Positions 57,875-64,000 of a DNA stretch of 64,000 nucleotides are shown here, one piece after another (the first letter of the stretch is position 1; each line of letters opens with the position of its first letter). A program made the position numbers and the translations under genes. The notes beneath the pieces are model-generated. The model worked only from the letters and a program-made list of their open reading frames with translations. It had not been told where the DNA came from and did not search any database. This stretch comes from an uncultured Muribaculaceae bacterium. Lineage in GTDB: Bacteria > Bacteroidota > Bacteroidia > Bacteroidales > Muribaculaceae. Location of the stretch: NCBI GenBank assembly GCA_910578665.1, contig CAJTQU010000007.1, positions 26,179 through 90,178 on the forward strand, read 5' to 3'.

Positions 57875-60800
57875 ATGCTGAACAAGATAATAAGGTTTTC
57901 ACTGCATAACCGGTTAATAATCATGCTCCTGTCACTACTTATCGTAGTGGGGGGCTGCTATGTGTCCACACGTATGGAGGTGGACGTGTTTCCCGATCTC
58001 AACGCCCCCACGGTGGTGGTAATGACCGAGGCTCCGGGCATGGCCGCCGAAGAGGTGGAACAGACCGTGACCTACCCGATAGAGACAGTGCTGAACGGTG
58101 CGGCCGGAGTGCGCCGCGTGCGTTCGTCAAGCACGACCGGATTTTCATCCGTATGGGTGGAATTCGACTGGGATACCGACGTGTACCACGCCCGTCAGAC
58201 CGTGTCGGAGCGTCTGGCCACAGTCAATTCACAGCTGCCGGAAGGGGCCGAGACCCCGTCGCTGGGAGCACAGTCTTCGATATTGGGAGAAGTGATGTTT
58301 GTGGGTCTGACATCCGACCAGACATCGCTGCGCGACCTGCGCACTCTGGCAGACAAGACCATAGCGCCGCGTCTCCAGTCTGTATCCGGAGTATCGCAGG
58401 TTAACGTGCTTGGCGGTGATGTTAAAGAGTTCCAGATACTGCTCTCGCCGGAACGCATGGCCAAATGGGGTGTCACCATGGCAGACGTGGCAGATGCCAC
58501 AGAAGGTATGACGCGCAATGCCACCGGCGGCGTGGCATATGACTATGGCAACGAATATATAATACGAGGCCTTGCATCTACAACTGATGCCGACATAATA
58601 GGGGCAGCCGTAGTCAAGCGTACAGAGGGCGGCGAACCCGTTATTCTGGCAGACATAGCCGATGTGCAGGTGGGAGACCAGCTTCCACTCACTGGCAAAG
58701 CCTCTCTTTCAGGCAAACCGGGCGTTTTGCTCACCGTGACCAAACAGCCCGGCGTAGGCACAATCGACCTTACAGAGCGCCTGGACAAATGCATCGCCGA
58801 CATGAAAACCAATCTGCCGGCCGACATAAAGGTAAGCACCGACCTGTACCGGCAGCGTGACTTCATAGACGCATCCATCAACAATATCAAGAAAAGCCTT
58901 ATAGAAGGCGCGGTATTCGTAGCAATAATACTGTTTGTATTCCTGATGAATCCGCGCACCACCCTGATTTCACTGGTCACCATACCGCTGTCACTGCTCG
59001 TGACATTCATTACCCTCAGGCTAATGAATCTGGGCATCAACACCATGAGCATAGGCGGTATAGCCATAGCTATAGGCAGCCTGGTGGATGACGCGATAGT
59101 GGACGTCGAAAACGTATACAAGCGTCTGCGGCAAAACCGCGCCCTGCCCGACGACAAACGCCGACGCACAATCGATGTGGTATACGATGCATCCAAAGAG
59201 GTGCGCATGCCCATACTCAACTCCACGATCATAATCGTAGTCAGCTTCGTACCCCTCTTCTTCCTGCAGGGTATGGAAGGACGCATGCTTATCCCACTGG
59301 GTATAGCTTTCATCACATCATTATTTGCTTCCACACTGGTAGCCCTGACACTCACCCCCGTGCTATGCTCTATGCTACTGCCCAATACCGTGGTCAAAGA
59401 TCACGAACCACGTATCGTAAGGTGGCTCAAAAGCGGCTACGAAAGATGGCTGCTGCAGGCCCTGCGTTTCAAATGGTGGGTGCTGGGCTGTACCGGCGCG
59501 TTGCTGGCAGCAGCACTTGTAATGTTCTTCACACAAGGCCGGGATTTCCTCCCTCCCTTCAACGAAGGCTCATTTACAGTCAATGTAAGCACCCTGCCGG
59601 GCATATCGCTTGAAGAGAGCGACGCCATCGGCCGCGAGGCAGAACGTCTGCTGCTCAGTGTGCCGGAAATAAAGAAAGTGGCCCGTAAGACAGGACGCGC
59701 CGAGATGGACGAACATGCTCTGGGAGTGAATACCTCGGAGATAGAGGCCCCATATGTTGTGTCAGACCGCAGCAAGCAGGAAATAGCTGCCGAAATAAGG
59801 GAGAAACTTAGCGCGCTCCCCGGAGTGAACATAGAAATCGGACAACCCATCTCACACCGTATCGACGCGATGATGAGTGGTTCGGAAAGCAACATCGCCA
59901 TAAAGATATTCGGCCCCGACCTGCACGAACTACTCCAGATAGGCAATAATGTGAAAGAGGTAGTCGAGAAGATACCGGGACTGACCGATGTCAACGTGGA
60001 ACAGCTGACCGACCGTCCGCTGATCGACATAAAGCCGCGTCCCGAGATGCTGGCCCGTTACGGCATAACGATGCCCGAATTCACACGGTTTGTCAACATG
60101 GCCCTGGCCGGCAAACAGGTGAGCGAGGTGCGCGAAGGTAATTCCGTATACGCGCTCACAGTCAAGATAGATCCGGGAAGCCGCAACGACATAGAGCAGA
60201 TAGGCTCGCTCATGATCGATGCCGGCGACGGCAGCAAAGTGCCGCTCGAGACCGTGGCTGAAATCAGATCGACTTCAGGCCCCGGCACAGTAAGCCGCGA
60301 GGATGTAAGCAGGCGCCTCACCGTGAGCGCCAACGTGCAGGACAGAGACCTGGGCAGCACTGTCGACGATATCAAGAAACTGGTAGCCGGACGTGTGGCA
60401 CTCCCACAGGGATACCATATAAGCTACGGAGGCCAGTTTGAAAGCCAGGAAACCGCTTCGCGGATACTGATGCTTGCCAGCCTGTTCTCCATACTGGCCA
60501 TATATATGCTTCTGTATAACCAGTTCCGCGACCTGCGCCAGAGCGCCGTGATCATGCTTAACCTGCCTCTGGCCCTTATCGGCGGCGTCTTTGCGATCTC
60601 GTTCACCAGCGGCGTCGTGAGTATTCCGGCCATAATCGGCTTCATATCACTGTTCGGTATAGCCACGCGAAACGGCATGCTGCTCGTAGACCGTTACAAC
60701 ACACTGCGTGACGAGGGTCTTCCCGCCCACGAGGCAGTCATGCGTGGTTCGCTCGACCGTCTGAACCCGATCCTGATGACAGCGCTCACATCCGCGCTAG

Positions 60801-60979
60801 CACTCGTACCATTGGCTGCCGGAGGCTCATTGCCCGGCAACGAGATACAAAGCCCCATGGCAAAAGTCATACTGGGAGGCCTGCTCTCTGCCACACTTCT
60901 CAATGCGTTTGTAATACCGATCATGTACCTTCTGGGCGCGCAGCGCAAACAAAAGCCTGTAACGCTCGAAAAAGAATAA
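57875..60979 (+). CDS. CusA/CzcA-family heavy-metal efflux RND transporter
   Basis: 1034 aa, MLNKIIRFSLHNRLIIMLLSLLIVVGG... 12-TM RND architecture. ...IGGIAIAIGSLVDDAIVDVENV... is typical of the HME-RND TM4. Confidence 0.88.
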   Translation: MLNKIIRFSLHNRLIIMLLSLLIVVGGCYVSTRMEVDVFPDLNAPTVVVMTEAPGMAAEEVEQTVTYPIETVLNGAAGVRRVRSSSTTGFSSVWVEFDWDTDVYHARQTVSERLATVNSQLPEGAETPSLGAQSSILGEVMFVGLTSDQTSLRDLRTLADKTIAPRLQSVSGVSQVNVLGGDVKEFQILLSPERMAKWGVTMADVADATEGMTRNATGGVAYDYGNEYIIRGLASTTDADIIGAAVVKRTEGGEPVILADIADVQVGDQLPLTGKASLSGKPGVLLTVTKQPGVGTIDLTERLDKCIADMKTNLPADIKVSTDLYRQRDFIDASINNIKKSLIEGAVFVAIILFVFLMNPRTTLISLVTIPLSLLVTFITLRLMNLGINTMSIGGIAIAIGSLVDDAIVDVENVYKRLRQNRALPDDKRRRTIDVVYDASKEVRMPILNSTIIIVVSFVPLFFLQGMEGRMLIPLGIAFITSLFASTLVALTLTPVLCSMLLPNTVVKDHEPRIVRWLKSGYERWLLQALRFKWWVLGCTGALLAAALVMFFTQGRDFLPPFNEGSFTVNVSTLPGISLEESDAIGREAERLLLSVPEIKKVARKTGRAEMDEHALGVNTSEIEAPYVVSDRSKQEIAAEIREKLSALPGVNIEIGQPISHRIDAMMSGSESNIAIKIFGPDLHELLQIGNNVKEVVEKIPGLTDVNVEQLTDRPLIDIKPRPEMLARYGITMPEFTRFVNMALAGKQVSEVREGNSVYALTVKIDPGSRNDIEQIGSLMIDAGDGSKVPLETVAEIRSTSGPGTVSREDVSRRLTVSANVQDRDLGSTVDDIKKLVAGRVALPQGYHISYGGQFESQETASRILMLASLFSILAIYMLLYNQFRDLRQSAVIMLNLPLALIGGVFAISFTSGVVSIPAIIGFISLFGIATRNGMLLVDRYNTLRDEGLPAHEAVMRGSLDRLNPILMTALTSALALVPLAAGGSLPGNEIQSPMAKVILGGLLSATLLNAFVIPIMYLLGAQRKQKPVTLEKE

Positions 60980-60987
60980 CCAGCGAG

Positions 60988-62190
60988 ATGAAATCCAATC
61001 ACCCAATCATAACCACTGCCCTGGCGCTTATATGCGCCGGGAGCAGTTTTTCGGCCACCGCACAGTCGGCATTCCCCTCACAGCAGGCCGAAATAATGCG
61101 AAACAACCTCACACTCCATGCACAACACGGAGTGTGCGAGGCCGCGCATGCCGAAAATATGTCAGGTCTAAACCTGCCTAATCCCGAAGTGTCGTTCGGA
61201 TACATGTGGGGGCAACCCTCCGATGTGCCGCACAAGATCAATGTCGAGGCAAGCCAGACTTTCGATTTCGCCACTCTCTCGGGCGCCAAGAAGCGTGTAG
61301 CACGCGCCAACAACGCTGTGGCAGAGGCCGAGTACGCCGGTTCGCGCCAGGCTCTTGCCCTATCGGTGGAAAACGCGCTAATCAACTATGTGTACCAATA
61401 CCAGCTCTGCATCGAGCTCACAAACCAGCTGGCCCAGCTCAAAGGCCTCATGGAGTATGCCGTGAAAGCAATAGACAAAGGCAGCATAACACAATTAGAC
61501 TACAACAATATAGAACTGGAGATGCTTGCCAAAGAGAGCGAACTGTCACAGGCCGGCCAGGGCCTCGAAACAGCAAGGCTGCAACTACGCGCCATGAACG
61601 GAGGGAAAGAGCTGTCTCCCCTGCCCACCGCATGGCCCGAGGCGGCGTTACCGCTGTCGTTTGACCAATGGCTGGCATCGGCACAGAGCACCAATGCCGA
61701 ATTACAGGCCTTACAGGCCGGCGTAGCGCTCACTGCAGAGGAAATCACGCTGCGCAAAAGGGAAAACCTGCCGGAATTCACAGTCGGGTATGCCAACGAA
61801 CTTATAAAGGGTGACAACCACCACGGTATCACTCTCGGCGTCTCCGTGCCCTTATGGGGCAATTCCGGACGCGTCAAGGCTGCCAAAGCACGCGAGGCCG
61901 CCGCACGCATAAACCTCATGACTGCGGCAGAGCAGTACGCTGTCACCAAGCGCACAGAGTACGAGCAGGCCCAGATTCTGGCAAAAACTGCGGACCGCTA
62001 CGCATCGCTGTACAAGCACATACAAGATAAAAACAAGGCTGTTCTTAAAAAAGCGTTCGACTCCGGCACCATCAATGTATTTGAGTTTATCACCGAACAG
62101 AACAATTTCTTTGACTATTCGCTCAAGCACATCGAAGCCATACGAGAATACCAACTGGCACGAGCCGCCCTCTACGCCCCCACTTTTTAA
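60988..62190 (+). CDS. TolC-family outer membrane efflux protein (CzcC-like)
   Basis: 400 aa with a signal peptide and two coiled-coil/beta repeats. Last gene of the adaptor-pump-OMF set. Confidence 0.75.
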   Translation: MKSNHPIITTALALICAGSSFSATAQSAFPSQQAEIMRNNLTLHAQHGVCEAAHAENMSGLNLPNPEVSFGYMWGQPSDVPHKINVEASQTFDFATLSGAKKRVARANNAVAEAEYAGSRQALALSVENALINYVYQYQLCIELTNQLAQLKGLMEYAVKAIDKGSITQLDYNNIELEMLAKESELSQAGQGLETARLQLRAMNGGKELSPLPTAWPEAALPLSFDQWLASAQSTNAELQALQAGVALTAEEITLRKRENLPEFTVGYANELIKGDNHHGITLGVSVPLWGNSGRVKAAKAREAAARINLMTAAEQYAVTKRTEYEQAQILAKTADRYASLYKHIQDKNKAVLKKAFDSGTINVFEFITEQNNFFDYSLKHIEAIREYQLARAALYAPTF

Positions 62191-62230
62191 TTTTTTGTTG
62201 CCAGTTCTTGCAATTACGGATTTTAGTTTC

Positions 62231-62238
62231 TATATTTG
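62231..62238 (+). promoter_or_regulatory. -7 promoter box (TATATTTG) upstream of the Cys-every-third-residue lipoprotein gene
   Basis: A TAnnTTTG match 75 nt upstream of ATG 62313. A partial -33 (cTTG ending at 62210, 20-nt spacer). Confidence 0.45.
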
Positions 62239-62312
62239 CATCTTAATAGCTAGTTTATGTACACATAGTACAAAAAACTCAGCGTTAATATTCACAATAA
62301 ACAATATGCGTT

Positions 62313-62792
62313 ATGAAGAAACTGATCATTCCATTTATGTCGTTGCTCCTGCTGGCGGCCATGCCGCTGGGCTGCGCGGACGCCTCTGCTAAAAAATACA
62401 AAAAGACCGCCACCGAAGCCTCTGACAACGGCAACATCAATTGCCAGGACTGCGACGGATGCACCGGGTGTGTGGGATGTGTTAACTGCACAAACTGCAT
62501 CGGATGTGTCAATTGTGTCAACTGCCACGGTTGTAATGGCTGTGCCGGGTGTGAAGACTGCGACAATTGCATCAACACGGCTGGTTGCGAGGACTGCGAT
62601 GGCTGTAACAACTGCGCCGGGTGTGAAGACTGTACCAACTGTAAGAATTGCGCCGGATGTGAAGACTGCAAATCATGCGTCGATTGCTCCGAATGCAAGA
62701 ATTGCACAAACTGCGAGGACTGCGAAAACATCAAAAACAAAACAGGTGCAAAAAACATTAAAAACAAAAAGAAAAATTACAAGCGCGCATAA
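62313..62792 (+). CDS. lipoprotein with a (Cys-x-x)n core, 31 Cys in 94 residues; metallothionein-like candidate
   Basis: 159 aa: MKKLIIPFMSLLLLAAMPLGC(21)ADAS... then C44 to C137 with Cys at every third position (CQDCDGCTGCVGCVNCTNCIGCVNCVNCHGCNGCAGCEDCDNCINTAGCEDCDGCNNCAGCEDCTNCKNCAGCEDCKSCVDCSECKNCTNCEDCEN). Only position 89 (Thr) breaks the series. Lys/Asn-rich tail. Confidence 0.8.
   Translation: MKKLIIPFMSLLLLAAMPLGCADASAKKYKKTATEASDNGNINCQDCDGCTGCVGCVNCTNCIGCVNCVNCHGCNGCAGCEDCDNCINTAGCEDCDGCNNCAGCEDCTNCKNCAGCEDCKSCVDCSECKNCTNCEDCENIKNKTGAKNIKNKKKNYKRA
62442..62723 (+). repeat. in-frame 9-bp periodic coding repeat (TGY-NNN-NNN) with a roughly 36-bp higher-order unit
   Basis: A TGC/TGT codon occurs every 9 nt from 62442 to 62723. 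The unit CAGCEDCxxCxx recurs about 4 times. The periodicity produces long open shadow ORFs in other frames and on the other strand (62285..62767 minus, 62470..62808 plus). Confidence 0.85.
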
Positions 62793-62813
62793 GCCCACCC
62801 ACGTATAGAACAA

Positions 62814-62847
62814 ATGCCGGCGTTCCTTTAATTTGGAACGCCGGCAT
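62814..62847. terminator. bidirectional hairpin terminator between convergent genes
   Basis: ATGCCGGCGTTCC (62814-62826), an 8-nt loop, then GGAACGCCGGCAT (62835-62847). T-rich on both sides. Confidence 0.65.
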
Positions 62848-62871
62848 AGTTTTACCAAGACCGGTTATCCG

Positions 62872-63954
62872 TCAGCTGTCCAACAAGGCCGGCACCTGCT
62901 TTATATCGCCGGTGCTCTGCACCAGCTCGCCGGCAGCATTGTATATGAAGAATGCCGGCACCGAACCCACATTATACTGCAACGCATTTATACCGCGCAA
63001 ACCATCCGGATCATAAACCACGGCCCACGGCAACGCTTTCGCCGCCTGCCGCCATGCATACTGGTCGGCATCCATACACACCTGGTAAATATCCGCCCGG
63101 CCGCTGTCATACAGTCGTTTCAACTCCAGATTCAGAGCCGGAGCCCCCTCCAGTGTCAAGGCACTGAAAGCCACGACCACTGGTTTTCCTTTTCCCAGAC
63201 GTGAAGACAAAGAAACCTCGCCGCCTCCGACACCGGGCAATGAAATCTCTATCATAGCGCTTTCCCGAGCCTTTATAACCTGCCGCTGCCCCGCTGCCTT
63301 ACGCCGTTCTGCCTGCCCCTGCCGCGCCCGTTCTACAAGCGCTTTGGTGTGCGGATCGTCCGGACGGTAAGTAGCAAACGCCGTCGCCACGGCGGCATAC
63401 TCCGGATCGGTAAACTCTACCAGATACCTGTCTCCCATACGGCGTGTCAGAATATAATAAGTCAATATGCTGCCTTTGCCGTTATGTAAATATTTCATAT
63501 AAACCCTCTTGCGAAACGCATCCAGCGAATCCGGACTGTTATATGCGCCTACCCTGGCAGCCTCTTTTTCAAAAGCAGTCAGCTGCTCGGCCTGCGGTGT
63601 GCCCGACAACACGAAATCAGTGTCAAAAGACTTATAATTCGTCTTAAGTACAAGTGCGTCCACACTGTCCACAGGAAGATACACATACTTTCCGGCAAGT
63701 GCAAGACGATACATTTCAGGCACTTCCGGAGCTGCCGACGAAACACTGAACGAACCGTCAGACGCTATCCTTACAGAATCTATGGCTACCCAGCCGGCAT
63801 CACCGTCCAGACGCTCGAGAAGCATACTCCGGGATCCGGCACCGTCCACAGTGCCCTCAACTGAAAATTTCGGGGAATTGTCGCAGCCGGCCAGCAGCGC
63901 CGCGCCCCCGGCAGCAAGCACAAGGCCTGCCGCCAGCCTGTTACTGGTCATCAT
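62872..63954 (-). CDS. DUF4369-type N-domain + thioredoxin-fold (TlpA-like) lipoprotein lacking the CxxC active site
   Basis: 360 aa with lipobox LLAGC. The C-terminal thioredoxin-like region reads ...KPVVVAFSALTLEGAPALNLELKRLYD..., where TlpA-family proteins normally carry WCxxC. Confidence 0.55.
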   Translation of the reverse strand: MMTSNRLAAGLVLAAGGAALLAGCDNSPKFSVEGTVDGAGSRSMLLERLDGDAGWVAIDSVRIASDGSFSVSSAAPEVPEMYRLALAGKYVYLPVDSVDALVLKTNYKSFDTDFVLSGTPQAEQLTAFEKEAARVGAYNSPDSLDAFRKRVYMKYLHNGKGSILTYYILTRRMGDRYLVEFTDPEYAAVATAFATYRPDDPHTKALVERARQGQAERRKAAGQRQVIKARESAMIEISLPGVGGGEVSLSSRLGKGKPVVVAFSALTLEGAPALNLELKRLYDSGRADIYQVCMDADQYAWRQAAKALPWAVVYDPDGLRGINALQYNVGSVPAFFIYNAAGELVQSTGDIKQVPALLDS

Positions 63955-64000
63955 ATTTTCTTTTTGTTTACGGTAGCAAAGGTAATAATTTTGGCTTACA

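Noticed and set aside
58543-59397. 284-aa minus-strand ORF (also 59437..60030, 197 aa)
   Set aside because: Antisense to the CzcA-type RND pump, whose identity is clear.
62285-62808. 160-aa minus-strand ORF (QSSHPAQ-type repeats) and 112-aa plus-strand alternative-frame ORF over the Cys-array gene
   Set aside because: These are artefacts of the 9-bp codon periodicity. Only the 62313 frame has an ATG, a signal peptide and a lipobox.
1-64000. Search by eye for CRISPR arrays, tRNA or rRNA genes, transposases and phage genes
   Set aside because: None seen. The only recombinase is the Xer-type gene in a conserved housekeeping context. Small tRNA-like elements could be missed without tRNAscan-SE or Infernal.

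Overview
This 64-kb chromosomal segment reads as Bacteroidota, probably Bacteroidales. The supporting signs are -33 TTTG / -7 TAnnTTTG promoter boxes, the nusB-yajC-YbbR-coaE and recN-DUF4835-coaBC gene orders, and a ribosomal cluster lacking adk and tuf. All calls were made by eye from the sequence and ORF track; no searches were run. Layout: (1) 0.4-8.3 kb, minus strand: a TamA/TamB-like outer-membrane assembly pair and a VanZ-like gene. (2) 8.5-27.8 kb, minus strand: an uninterrupted ribosomal supercluster, rpsL-rpsG-fusA-rpsJ ... rpoA-rplQ. It has 28 r-protein genes, including rpmJ and rpmD, which fall below the ORF-track cutoff and were found by hand, plus secY, map and infA. It also contains several unusually long intercistronic gaps. 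(3) 28.1-38.5 kb, minus strand: housekeeping genes (coaE, YbbR-like, yajC, long nusB, rlmB-like, recN, DUF4835/PorD-like, coaBC, DnaQ-like exonuclease, dnaN). (4) 38.6-43.9 kb: a visibly AT-richer island forming one tight minus-strand operon, and the main candidate system. It encodes two twin-arginine-signal peptides with 11-cysteine CxxxC/CxxC repeat cores (one also has a lipobox), a radical SAM/SPASM maturase, a SPASM-only partner, a lipoprotein, a 95-aa accessory protein, and its own TatA and TatC. A roughly 350-nt structured leader with terminator-like geometry precedes it. No ABC exporter, leader peptidase or integrase is present. (5) 44.0-55.7 kb, plus strand: housekeeping genes (GlmU-like, aminopeptidase P, gamma-carbonic anhydrase, rpsU, a frameshifted Crp/Fnr gene in a low-GC insert, Xer recombinase, hpf, an fdtA/aminotransferase pair, SUI1, a UvrD-like helicase). 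(6) 55.8-62.2 kb: an AraC regulator plus a CzcCBA-type heavy-metal RND efflux system whose adaptor is His-rich. It is followed at 62.3-62.8 kb by a 159-aa lipoprotein with a cysteine at every third residue over 94 residues (31 Cys). (7) 62.9-64.0 kb: a convergent thioredoxin-fold protein that lacks the CxxC motif. I saw no rRNA, tRNA, CRISPR array or transposase.
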